Shown piece after piece: positions 44,297 to 57,456 of a DNA stretch of 64,000 nucleotides. The DNA comes from Trichoplax adhaerens (taxonomy: Eukaryota > Animalia > Placozoa). The notes beneath the pieces are model-generated. The model was not told where the DNA came from and did no database searches. It was given only the letters and a program-made list of their open reading frames with translations. A program made the translations under genes and the position numbers. The DNA lies in contig NW_002060943.1 in the NCBI RefSeq assembly GCF_000150275.1, positions 7,258,026-7,322,025 of the forward strand, read 5' to 3'. How positions within the stretch are numbered: position 1 is the first letter of the stretch; every line of letters begins with the position of its first letter.

Positions 44297-45490
44297 AAAG
44301 GAATTACTGCTTAAGTGTATTATTAGTCAATTCATCAATTACAAAGTAAATGCCATAAGCAATGAATGTTTAATTCTATGCGTTGCGTTTCATTAAATCT
44401 TAAGCATGACTAAGTTATAGTACGATCACAAGGCTAATTTGTAATAGTTGCTCTAATGATACCTGATATTTTTTACTGTATCGTAAAAAATAAGTAAGTA
44501 TAATTATAAGGAAAATGAGATGGGTATATAATATTTAATAGTAACCTGTAATCGTTCTGCAGCTCTTGATATGGATATGTAAGATTTTACTATGTGAAAT
44601 AACATAGCTAGTGAAGTTCGCGTATCATGATGGCTTGTTGTGTTAATAGTGGAAGCATGTAAGCTTATATCGACGAATAAAAAAATAACTTTAGCAAGCT
44701 GCTCTAAGCATCCATTCAAATTTATCAACTACGTCATTATAATTTCTTGTTTCTGTCGCATAAAATTTTTGCTATTATTTATAGTTACGCTCATTGCATT
44801 GAATATTTTAATTGTGATTGGTTTAATTAGCTTAGACTGCACCATTAATAGATGATAGTACGTACGGCTTTGAAAAGTAGTACTTAATAAATCTGATTTA
44901 TTTTTACCTTATCACCAATAAGTTAGCAAAGTGTACTTTCTAAAGTGCTTTTTCGTCTTTTATATACTATTTAATTTTCTTAATATAGGACGGCTACTAT
45001 TTATCTTATTGGTAAGTATAAGGATAGAATTAGAGTGTGGATAGTAGCTACCAGCATGAAAATGTAACACAATCTTGTCATGGTCTTTTACTAATAACTT
45101 ATCAACTAAGATTGCGATTATGTATCAGATATGACAAGCTAAAGTAGAATAATGGAAAATGTACAATCATGGATGGTGGTATGCAAACTTTCTAGTGAGA
45201 AATTATGTCGAGCTTGGCTTTATCACTAATTATACTATTCGTTAGTTCTAAAGAATTGCTAATTTTCTGTTTATTGCACCAGTCACAAATGTAAAAATAT
45301 AGCTAGAGTTACATTATCGAAATAAATACCTTTACATCGTTAAAATAGAAATTTCGATTCTTTGAAGTAGTAGAATATTCGCTTTAGCTTCATACCTAGG
45401 AATGTAGGTATACGAATTTTTAGGATTTGACCACTGGATTCATGAAAAGCCAAATAATACAATCAGCTGATTATTTATAAATAGATCTAC

Positions 45491-46140
45491 TGAAATGAAA
45501 TATGTAGAAATCAAGTTACGAAACTTCTAATATATTTTGATTCTACTTTATTTGTACTCTGGTCGACTTAATGCAACTTTGACACAAAATGAAAATTGGT
45601 GAATAGCCAATCAACCATTTATTTAGAAAAAGTGAGACAGTCAGATTAAATAACCTTCTAAATACTTAATTCTAAGTGTTATAAGTGAAGAAATAAAAAA
45701 AAGCGACAGAACTGAAACTGGTAACGACCAGACGACCTAAAAAAGAAGAGCATTTTCACTTACAACTATTCGACCCCGAAGGCCTTTAAAATTCAACAAG
45801 GTCTTCAAAAGAATCTTCTTATACTCTCTATTCTAAATTTTCTGATTTAATGGCACTGCATTTGTAACGAATCAATTTTTAGAACCTCTTTATCATTTAT
45901 AGGCTTCGCAGAGCCGTCAGTATTTAAAACTGAACATTTATTAACCAATCGCTCTTAAGATTCACTTTAGAAAACTACTTTGCACCACTTGAGAAAGCAA
46001 AAATTGTTTTAAGTTCAGTTATATTTTACCACATGATTCCCTCACAAACGCTATAAAACCAATAATCTTACTACAAAATACATCAAGCTTCACTTCTAAT
46101 GTAATTCATTAGATTAAAAGCTTATTAAAGTCATTTTAGT
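45491..46140 (-). mobile_element. Dispersed repeat family A, copy 3 (older, diverged; next to gap)
   Basis: Begins TGAAATGAAATATGTAGAAATCAAG and shares TTCGACCCCGAAGGCCTTT and AACCAATCGCTCTTAAGAT blocks with copies 1 and 2. Confidence 0.85.
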
Positions 46141-47601
46141 CTGTCAAACGAAAAATAGCAACTACTCAACAGCAACNNNNNNNNNNNNNNNNNNNNNNNN
46201 NNNNNNNNNNNNNNNNNNNNNNNNNNNNNNNNNNNNNNNNNNNNNNNNNNNNNNNNNNNNNNNNNNNNNNNNNNNNNNNNNNNNNNNNNNNNNNNNNNNN
46301 NNNNNNNNNNNNNNNNNNNNNNNNNNNNNNNNNNNNNNNNNNNNNNNNNNNNNNNNNNNNNNNNNNNNNNNNNNNNNNNNNNNNNNNNNNNNNNNNNNNN
46401 NNNNNNNNNNNNNNNNNNNNNNNNNNNNNNNNNNNNNNNNNNNNNNNNNNNNNNNNNNNNNNNNNNNNNNNNNNNNNNNNNNNNNNNNNNNNNNNNNNNN
46501 NNNNNNNNNNNNNNNNNNNNNNNNNNNNNNNNNNNNNNNNNNNNNNNNNNNNNNNNNNNNNNNNNNNNNNNNNNNNNNNNNNNNNNNNNNNNNNNNNNNN
46601 NNNNNNNNNNNNNNNNNNNNNNNNNNNNNNNNNNNNNNNNNNNNNNNNNNNNNNNNNNNNACTTATAGACAATTGCAAAGGGCGTAATTAGTGAAAGTTA
46701 AATGTTGAAAGAACGATTACTTGGCAATCTTATTTATACTGAAGCGATGAAGATGAAACTCTTGACTTGATGACGTGGTTGTACAACTGGGAGCAGTTGC
46801 ATTTATTCAAACCAGTTGAACTAATGAATGTCAACACCAATATCTACCAATTCATTATTATATTGTAGCTATATCGTAACGTCAAAGTTACCAAGGTGGT
46901 TGATACCTTATAGTATATAGGGAATTCTCTCTTTACTTTCACAGACTTCTTTTCCTTAAACAGTCCCCGATTACACAGCTTAATTGACTAGGGCATCAGC
47001 TTTGCAAGAATAGTACTGTAGATATGGTGTATGATTTTACTCACACACAAGTTACTGTATCTACTACAAAAGTAACTTATTACTTTAATCAGATATACTG
47101 TACGTGTGTGTAAAACTCAAGTACTACTGTGATGCACTATCTAATTTTATTTTCAAGTATTGCAGTAAAACGGAAGATTGATCCATGTAGGTACCTGCTA
47201 CAATCAATGCACAACATACTTTGTGTTGACTTGTCTCTAAAACGAAGCCAATGATGTGTCTTCTGAAGTATCCAATAAAAAACTGTCGATGGTACAATAT
47301 CAGAAAAGGAATATTGGTTAATGAGTGGTTCTACTGTCGGAGGAAACGACTCCTCTATTCTAATTTTTATACTCGTACGTTAAAAAAAACATGTGAGATA
47401 AGTTACAGCATTCCATAGTACAATTTACGTCTTGACTGCATCGTTACAACTTGAACGAAATATCATTTTGTATTGGACACGTTGGTTTCTGTTCCAATAT
47501 CATGTAATTTATATAATCAATCTAGCAAGAAAAGCAATTATATGCAATTGCTGACAACTAAGTACAACAAACTATGATTATGGAATGTAGCAGTTCTATC
47601 A

Positions 47602-48612
47602 TTTTATTTTAATTCAAAACGGTAAATTGCATAAATGCAGTACACTAGTGGTGCTATTACAAATTCATATGCTGTATCCAGTATAAAATACATACGATTG
47701 AAATCAATTAGCCTAACAAAAACTTAGCATGATAACTTAATCGAAGATTGAAGTAAACTATGACAGAGTTTTAACCATTGAGGATTAAGGGTCAGTAGAG
47801 CTTCTCCTGTACAAGACATCACGTGATGGATCTGGATAAATGAGATCAGTGTTGTATCCTGTCTGTCCTCGTGCGCATATACAGGGTGTATACTAATATT
47901 GAGTGGAAAATAGAGCAGCAGAGTGGATGTTTCTTGTCATCATAGTCAAATTCAAGCAGTCAATATACAGCAGATTTTGTATTGATTTGTGTCTAAAACG
48001 AAGCAAATGATCTGTCTTTCGAGGTATCCAATGAATTTATGAGCGTAAGCTAGGTCTGTTTCATCCTACAATTTGAAAAATAAAGATTGTACGAGTAGAG
48101 TGTAAAGAGAAACAGGTGAGAAACTAAGTATCCATTAAATTTATGAACGTAAACTAGATCTGTTTAATCCTACAATTGATTAAAAGAAACAGATTGATTT
48201 ATATGTAGAAAGAAACGGGTAAGAACATAAGCATCCAACGAATTGATGATTGTGCAAATACATCACTATCCAACACAATCATATCCATGGTACAATATCA
48301 GAAAAGGAATATTGGTTAATGAAAAAACAAAACATGTGAATTTACAGCATTCCATAGCACAATTTCCATCTTGACTACATCATTACGATCTTGAACAAAA
48401 TATCATTTTGTACTGGATCTTAATATTGATAAGAATATTGTCGATGGTACAGTATTCAGAGAAGGAACATTGGCTAGTGAGTGGTTCTATTGTAGGAGAA
48501 AACGACTCCTCTATTTTAATTTCTTATCTGCGTACGTTAAACAAATAAATAAAGTAAGACGAGTACGTTAAAACAAAACATGTGAAGTAAGTTTCTGCAT
48601 TCCATAGCACAA
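47602..48612 (+). repeat. ~1 kb near-identical direct duplication of 62998-64000
   Basis: Both start TTTTATTTTAATTCAAAACGGTAAATTGCATAAATGCAG and match to the window end with scattered substitutions and one short indel. Confidence 0.95.
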
Positions 48613-49433
48613 TTTCCATCTTGATTACTACATCATTACAATCTTGAACAAAATAGCATTTTGTATTGGATACGTTGGTTTCAGTTCAAGTATCATGTAA
48701 TTTATAATTAATCTAGCAAGGAAACCAAGTGTATGCGATTGCTGACAATTAAATACAACAAAGCATGTTCACGGAATGTAGCAATGCTATCCTTTATTGG
48801 ATTTGAGAATGGTAAAGTGCAAAAATGCGGTTCACTTTACAAGTCGTCAGGTTATCGATGTGGATAAATGAGATCAGCGCTCTATCATGCCTATACGCTG
48901 ATATGAAATGTATGCGTAAGTTTGAGTCCAAAATAAGGCAATAGTTGACTTTGTTGATAGGTAATAATGCCTGCGATCAACGCAAGACCATTTGTAAATG
49001 GATGACTGAGGAAGAAAATGGCAGAGGATACATCCGTTGCCTCTCCAACCGAATGAACGGATTAAGACTAAGTAGCAACTACTCTCTCTGCAAACTTTGC
49101 AGTCAACATCGTTCAGATACTCGTATCGGAATATTGGATAACAATTATAACAGGCAGGCTATCAACAAAGTAACTAGGTCCATTTGTTACCTTCTATACT
49201 GTCTGCTGGTATCTATAGTAGGCAAAAACGAGTACTTTACGCCTTTCAATTTTACTTGAAGTAAAACATTGAAGAAAACCCACCCAGCTACTAAAGCAGT
49301 GACCATGGTAACCACTGCCAATGCGCAATATTGCACACCATCGTCTCCAACGCAATGCAATCTTGTCACTGTGTCACGCTTCCAAAAGTTCCTATGCAAT
49401 GGAAGAGAACGTGTTGCTAAGTGAAGGGCGTTA

Positions 49434-49614
49434 TGCGAAGAGGCGGTGTGCATGGATCATCTACGGATCGGAAGAAATATCTCAATTTCATTGGTTACTT
49501 CTTTCCTTTCACTTAATTTTATTGGTTACTTCTTTCCATTCACACAATGGAAAGAAGTAACCAATGAAATTGAGATATTCCTTCCGATCCGTAGAAACGG
49601 ACCGCCTCTTCGCA
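49434..49614. mobile_element. 181 bp palindromic MITE with TTA target-site duplication (Tourist/PIF-Harbinger-like)
   Basis: TIR TGCGAAGAGGCGGT / ACCGCCTCTTCGCA; inner ~47 bp inverted arms TCTACGGATCGGAAGAAATATCTCAATTTCATTGGTTACTTCTTTCC; TTA at 49431-49433 and 49615-49617. Confidence 0.8.
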
Positions 49615-51953
49615 TTACTAAGTTGCTTTCGAGCAGTATGATATACTGTACGCTTGCATTGATAGAGTCGAATCAGCGGAAAAATGGATCGCCTCACCCT
49701 TATTTAGTACTGAAAGTGATTTACCGACTCGCTACGCGCCAGTAGTCGCTGGGCGCCAAAACAACCACTGCAAGCGTTATTAGCGTGGAGTGTAGCATAA
49801 CGTATTGCACACCACTTTGAATGACCTACTGTAGACTACTGATAGCATCTGTACAGAAGAACATTGGCAACATTCTTCTCAGTTGGCGGGCCTTGCTGGA
49901 GTTTTCTTCATCCCTTTTCTCAATCTCATCTTTCATCAACGATCTGCTACGATTGGAGGATTGTGTACGCTCCAAGCACCATTATCGTATTCTCTATTTC
50001 AACTAGGAACATCAGCACCGATATCCACTTACCATCAACTCCAATTAACCTGGTAAGTGGAGATGATCGTCATAACGGATCATGTACCTACGAAAACCAA
50101 TTGTTGTATTATTGACTCTTGCAAGGTTGGATTCAAAATAGTGAAAGAGTGCTGTTGCATTGACTAGGTTTCACCCTGCTCCATTAATTACCTCAATGAG
50201 TTATACATTGTAAAAATTTTACTGTTTATATCACGTTTGGAGAGTAAGAACAAGGTAATAATGAAGTAATCAGTGGTTCTATGCTAGAAGGGAACGACTC
50301 TTTTTTCCATTTTTGAAGGGTAAAAAAAACGGGTGAAATAAGTTGCTGCATTCCATAGCATAATTTGCATCTTTCCTGCATCATTGCAATCTTCAACAAA
50401 ATATCATATATCATAGCGGAGTATTGGATAACAGGCAGGCAGGCTATCAACAAAGTAACTAGGCCCATTTCTTACCTTCTACACTGTATGCTGATACTTA
50501 CAGTAGTTTAAAAGATAGTTGAAGTAAAACGTTGAAGAAAGCTCGCCCTGCTATTACGGCAGTGACTAACTGATTATGGTAACCACTGCCAATACGCAAC
50601 ATTGCACACTAGAGACCTTTAGTCTGTAAGGGTTGTTAAGGGTCTCTATTGCACACCGTCATCTCCAAACCAATGCAATCCTGTCACTGTGTCACGCTTC
50701 CAATGCAATAGAAGAGAACGTTATATTAATTTATTATTATTCCATTTTCCCATTTTCAAATGGAATAATAATTACTCGAAGGACACGATTGCAACAAGTA
50801 GGAGAACTGGAGAACGGCCTGGTCAATCAATTCTAGTACTGTAGTCATAAAACAAGATGTCCGTCCTTCTTCATGACTGTAATCGCATGAGGTAGACTGG
50901 CAGAGACGATCATCTCTAATACTAATGATGTGCAGACTGATTCTTGAGTCATTTCAAGTGGATTGCATGTCTGACGCGGTACACTAGCTGCAGAAACGTG
51001 CTGTATAGTTAGTTTGGAGAACGTAGCCAACATTGCTCTCAGTTGATTGCGCTACCTTGACGGGCCTTGCTGCAGTTTTCTTCCCTTTCGTTTTCAGCCT
51101 TTCTCCTGCTTAGCCAATATCCAGTAGAAGAATCCATCCCATCGTTGATCGACTATCCGCTATTTCAACCAGTGACATCACCACCGATATCCACTGGCCA
51201 TCAACTCCAATCAGTCTGATAAGCCCATCATTGATCAGATCAATACACCATTCACAGATCGCTCAACTCAATGATACTCTTACAGGTAGTTAGCCACCAT
51301 CAAATGAGTCAATGAGTGTACAGAGTAGAGCATTTTCTTGACATACTCCATCAACAGATTGTCCAAATTAGATTTACTGTCTAATCCATATTTAGTCATA
51401 GCTATGCAGATGATTGTCCCAATTTTCACTCGTACTGAATTGACGCGTGTTGTCTTCAAGCTGCGTGCAAAATATCCATGCTGCGCTACAGGTTATTATT
51501 GACTGATAGTCCTTGACTCACTTGTGTTTATAATACAGTAATATGAAATTGCATGATGACATCTAGTAACAAACCATACCAGTAGTTTTAGAAATGATGA
51601 TGCCTATTTCTTCCATTCATCCTACTAGTGAGAATTCCCCGTTCATATGAACGGAGAGAGAAAGAAATATAATAAAACTTTGACGATGTCATGTTTGTAC
51701 GGTATACTTTAAAACTATTTCGAACAATGCCTAATTAGTCCGGTACCCACAATCAGTATTAAGTAACTATTGTGTAGCTGATTCGATTAACTAATTTTAC
51801 ATGGTCATGGAATATTTTTACTGTAGATGTAAATATCTGCGTGTAGCGATTATCTTTTTACGTCAATAATGATTATGTTATGAATATAATACTCATATAT
51901 AGTTACAGTTAATAACGTCAGTGAGTTACATTACACGGTATCTTCAATAAATA

Positions 51954-52661
51954 CTAGTACAAACTCACATCGCTTTGCTGACGGTTTACGATAATGTACT
52001 TATTTGTTAATAATTAACAGATAGTATTACCATTCGACATTATATATATCCCGGTAATAGCCAGGCATTACTATATTCACAGCAATGCTTGTAGAATACT
52101 ACTTTTCAATAATGCATTCACGGATGAAATGCTATATTAAGATTAGTTAATGGTCCAAAGCACATTATGATAACTAATGTACGGTGATGGACTTACCAAG
52201 TTAAGATTAGCAGGTACTGCAAGATATCTACAGTGCGGTACAATGTCCTTAGTACTGTGGTCAATTCTATACCAATCATTATAATGACTCTAAGGATCGC
52301 TTGAGTATGCAAGCAAAGCTTGCTCTATCGATAGCAACCGTCATAAGAAAATGTAACAATCAAAATGGCTGCGTAGAAAACTCTATAAAGATTGTATGTT
52401 TATTCAATTTTCATCAGAATAATACATCAAATCAAACTTGAAAGGCCCAGTTGCCACCCTTACCGACATAACGAATACTATTTTAATAATCAGTACTCTG
52501 CAGAAATCACTACCTTAGAGCTATTCGTTTTACATGAAGAAATCTTGAGGTAAAAAGTACTGTAAGAATCTTATACTGACCTATTGAAATGAACCCATAA
52601 TCAGTCATCTAACAATAGTATAAATACCCCCGCGCCGCTCGTGGTGGGTGGATGCGTGGGA
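51954..52661 (-). mobile_element. Non-autonomous Helitron family B, minus-strand copy (708 bp)
   Basis: Minus strand starts A|TCCCAC and ends CATTATCGTAAACCGTCAGCAAAGCGATGTGAGTTTGTACTAG|T. The body is the reverse complement of 61656-62245. Confidence 0.8.
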
Positions 52662-53107
52662 TTATCCATTTATTTTGCTTTTATTTTGATCACCGAATCC
52701 CCAAAATTCATTAGTTTAGACTAAAAATAGACTATACCTGACTATTACAATACAGCAGCAATCGCTTTACGAGTATATCAATGACATGTTGAAATACTCG
52801 CACATTATTCCATGTTGCAACGTTGTAAATCCTTCTCGTATACCGACAATGAGTCTTTGTTTGACTACTAAACTATAAATTGAAGCCGTTAAAGTCAAGA
52901 TGGAGTACAACAATCTGTTGTTACTTATACATTACAGTAGAAATGAAATCGAGTGATAGGATTGTATTGAAAGTGCTGTGATAGCTTATTACTGCTACAG
53001 TGTTGTCTACTGCACGTAATACAGTATTAGTGAGAAATGAAAAACCGAAATAGCTAAAACTAAAAATAGCCATATTATTGACGCTCCACACAGGCTGATT
53101 GGAAATA

Positions 53108-56100
53108 ATGGAAGGATGGAATAATATTGACAACGCTTTACACATTTATGAAAATCATCTCTGCCATGATTTACCTATAGAAGGGTTGTTAACTGAAATC
53201 AAGAATGAGAATTTAATATCAGAGGAGGAGTACCAATTGATCAATTCAAAGTCATCTCGAAAACAAAAAAACAGAACGCTGTGCAGTATGTTAAAGTCCA
53301 AGAAAGAAAAGAAAACAAACATGACTTCCTTTTGCAATTTATTATGTATGCAACCAGAACCTAAAATACAAAACTGCGGTTGGATTTTACATGATGTGGC
53401 TAATGATCCAGGTACAGTTACGAACAGATAATTATAAAATAATTATTATTCCTTTCGTTTATTAATATATTTACTTGTTTAATAAAATTATTTACGTGAT
53501 TTGATTGATATATATGGTTTTCTATTGGAACGACAACGCGATTTACGATGGAATGGATATGTACATATATGCAATGATCGAATGGAATGATTATCGTATG
53601 GTTATTATACGGATATACGTATACTAAAACCACCAATACACTGCAATGCTTATACACTAAATCGCCATTCAATCGTCATTCAATACAAATTACCATTACT
53701 ACTCTACTCTTCTCTACTTGTGTCTTACTATACGTCAATACTATATAAACTCTATTATTCTATCATCGCATAATTCCATATCAATCATAAAGATTGTAAG
53801 TATCGTTGTATTGGTATATTAAATATACAATGACATTATTAAATAGACTATTGTATGTACTGTATTTTTTTTCTACTATATATCATCACATTTAAATTTA
53901 CTTAAATAGTCATAGTATAGCATGTATAATAAAAGATTTGACGATCGAGAATAGTAAAGATATATATAGTATTGTGTGAAAACTCGTTTAGATTTTATCA
54001 TGTAGCAAAAAAGATATACAGTATTTAATCATAATATATTCTATCTTCTGTATTTATGGCATTAATTTAGGATATTTTTGTTAGACTTATATAGAAATCA
54101 GTTTAGTTAATCTAGTCATGTCAGGTTAACTTTAAATATACTATAATAAAGTGTAATAAGTTTATGAATAAATGATACAGCGAAAATATTTGACAAAACA
54201 GTATTTATCAGCTCCTGTATTATAATTTATAATAATTTGTTAAAGATCACACAATATGCAAGGTATAGTTCAAATGAAAATCAGTACATACTGTATAATT
54301 TTTTAATTTGAAAACAAAACTTTTTAATTTCATCCTCCATATTAACTCTCGTTTCGTAACACAGTTGGGCTGAATTATATTCGCGATTTCATTTGCGCAT
54401 TACAAGAAGGAAAATGTAAGAACAATCTTATAAGAATTATGATTATCGGACCAGAAAATGTAGGTAAAACAACTTTACTCAAAGTGCTAATTAAGCAGTC
54501 ACTATTGGCTAATGAAGCACCAACACAAGTAGCTAGTGGTAATCATCCGCTAATAGAATTGATTACATTCGATACTGGTGATATGGTGAAGACTGGATTG
54601 GGCACTCTCGCTGATAGTAAAGTTGGATTAGCAGTTCTTCAATCGCCATCTTTACAAGTTACAAGACAGACCTTATCCAATATGAAATCGCAAAGAACGA
54701 ATGTATTCGATAAATTACTTCGCAGCAAGTATAACAAACTTAGACCGAAACTTTCTAAGATACAAGAGGCAAATACAGATAGTAATGAAAGTAATTAATC
54801 ACAGCAGTCAAAAATAGACAATCTACATGCTGTATTGTGCGACTTCGGAGATCAGGCAGAATATCACGTTACACATCAACCATTTATGTCGTGTGATAGT
54901 ATTATGTTCTTGTATTTAATATCGCTGAAGAGATTAATGACGCTATACAACAAAGGAACAACTCAAAATCAGATATAACCTACTATGCAAGAATGAATGA
55001 ATGGTTATCATCTGTACATGGATGCAAGGGGTTAAGCCATGGTTTAGAGGGTAATGTTAGAAATGAGATTACGATCGATGGTAAAAATTATGAATTGCCT
55101 ATTGTCATTGTCATCGGTAGTCATGCAGATAAGATTGTAGCTAATAATGAAGAAGAAAAAAATAGAAAAATACAAGCAGCTTATAACAAGATATCACATG
55201 AATTTGGCCGTAAGGCCTTTTCCAAACATCTATACTTATCACACTTAGCTATGAATGGTGATGGCAACGATAACAGCAAAGCAACTCAAGATCTAAGAGA
55301 CGAGATACGTAAACGGTTATGTCAAACCTTTACTAAAATTGCAGAAAAATTACCATTTATAACGGATCCTATTCCAGTTCGATGGTATGAAATCATTCAA
55401 ATACTTCGTGGAGAAAGAGAAGATAAAACAATAAAGAAGTTACTTACTAAAACACAAGTTAAAGACTTGATAGACAAACATCATCTATCTAAGCAAGGCG
55501 AGAAGTTAGATAGTTTATTATCTTACTTGCATAATATCGGACAAATTGTCTATTGCGATAAAGACGAGATTCTGAGTAATTGGGTCGTATCGGATATTGA
55601 TTGGCTAATTGAGGTGTTTTGTTCATTAATTCGAATTTCATTTTTCAAGTCTTCTCATGCTGATGACTGGAGTGACTACGAGAAGATTCAGAATATAGGT
55701 AAAATAAGCGAAGAATACATTGGAAACGTTTGGAGCAAATTTAATTTAGACGATGAAGAAAGAAAATACGTATTATCTCTTATGACTCACTACGATATTC
55801 TTTGTGAAGCAAGTGAATTACAAGGAAAAGATCATATCTATCTTATTCCTTGTCTGCTAAAGACACGACCTAAGAGCGATGCATTATATCCATCGAATAG
55901 CACTACATCGAAATACATCTATTTAGGGTTTGATGAGAAGGAGTTACCTTATATTTCTTATAATATCTTTTACTGCTAGATTTCTCGATGTTTGCAGAAG
56001 CGTAAATGGAATAATGGCAGAGTTAAACTATATCAAAACTGCGCTTCATTTCGAATTAGTCCTGGTATTGATTTGATTATCGATAAGTTATCAACGGTCA

Positions 56101-57456
56101 TAGGCTTACAATTAGTTTATCGACACCCAAATTTAAAATCTAAAGAAGTAAGAAGAAGGCTAACTGAAACAGCCGTTGAGCTCAATGTTAAGGATGTAAT
56201 TGAATCAGCTTTAAGAATCATTCTTACTAAATGGATGCCAAATATGAGTCATATACGAATAAAAGTGAGTGTTAAGTGTCCGCGTTGTGGAGAGTTAGTA
56301 AATATCGAAGATGGATTAAGTGATGATAAATCATTTCTGGATTGCCTTAATTGTGAATGTACCTGGCTTTCCTCGTACCAATTAAAGCCTTGGTTAGATA
56401 AAATTCCAGGTGATACCACAAATGCGGTGCTGTCTTTGGAATCTTTTGTAGCTAATTATTCCTTTATGAAATGTATCAGTATATACAGTAGGCTTAATTG
56501 GAACTCACATGAGTAACCAATTTTATTGATCTATTAAACAGTAACAAATTGCTTTAATAATATTTCAACATTAATTTCTACTTCAATCGATAAGTTATCA
56601 ATAATAGCGCTCATACATTTGAAACGATGTTGTCATAAATTTACTAACTGAAATAACTGTAATAACAATAGACAAAATATTCAGTAAAATTTTTAAAAAG
56701 TATGTACTTTATTGTACGGCGGATCGAACTCATTAATTTATTAAATGAAATCTATAACCTTATAAATTGGTTTAATAATAATTCTTTATCTCTTGTATTT
56801 AACAGTCGATGCTTCTAGCGATAACGGAGAGGATACTCCTATGTCGTTAACAGAGGAAGAGGGTGGTTAGTTAGGCAAAGTGTCTAATATATCTATTGAC
56901 TATGTTTGAGTTATTCTTTGAAAATTATAATCGCAGCTGCTATAACGCATATATGAATATCTTATAATATTACAATAAGCGACAAATAATTAACTTAAAT
57001 TTTTTTTGATTATTTGCTTCAGCATCAAAAATACCAAAATGTAAGATCAGCGGAATTGGAATGTTGGAAATACATAAACAAATCTTACGCAGCCACTACG
57101 TCAAAATTATTGGGGAATGTCAATCAAGCGTCAAGCCTATTTGTAATCACTTATACGGTCGAGAAATTCTAACATTTTATCTAAAGGAAATCATTCTATG
57201 CCAGCCAACCGATTATGAGTAAGTCTGCAATACGATACGATGATGTTGCTTAGTTGTAAAAATGTATCATGAGGATAATATAAACTGTGACAATTATTAT
57301 CACAGAAAAATGGGAAAATTGTTGGATATTTTACAGGAATGTGGTAATCGAGCATTTGGTGTATTTTGTGAGGTTCTATCTACCATTAATTCGCCAGTGA
57401 TAAAAATCTTAGAAAATGCGGAAAGGGAAAATGGAAAGGAACCAAAAGGAAACTAA
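53108..57456 (+). pseudogene. ROCO-family gene CARD-Roc-COR-(Cys4 finger)-CARD, disrupted
   Basis: Exon 53108-53411 CARD-like (LLTEIKNENLISEEEYQLINSKSSRKQKNRTL). Exon 54365-56410 has P-loop GPENVGKT, CDFGDQ.EYHVTHQPF, VIVIGSHAD, COR (PVRW, LLSYLHNIGQIVY, DIDWL, YLIPCLL) and CPRC...CLNC. Exons 57023-57219 and 57306-57456 give a CARD (KMGKLLDILQECGNRAFGVFCEVL). Lesions: TAA 54796-54798, frameshift near 54902, TAG 55977-55979. Confidence 0.88.

Larger units (their letters stand above)
47220..51290. repeat. Complex cluster of nested degenerate duplications (probable TE debris)
   Basis: 47390-47630 resembles 48579-48820; 47290-47385 resembles 48445-48540; 49130-49410 resembles 50420-50720; 49865-50055 resembles 51030-51220. 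No intact ORF recognised. Confidence 0.75.

Noticed and set aside
46166-46678. 170 aa ORF
   Set aside because: Artefact of the N gap.
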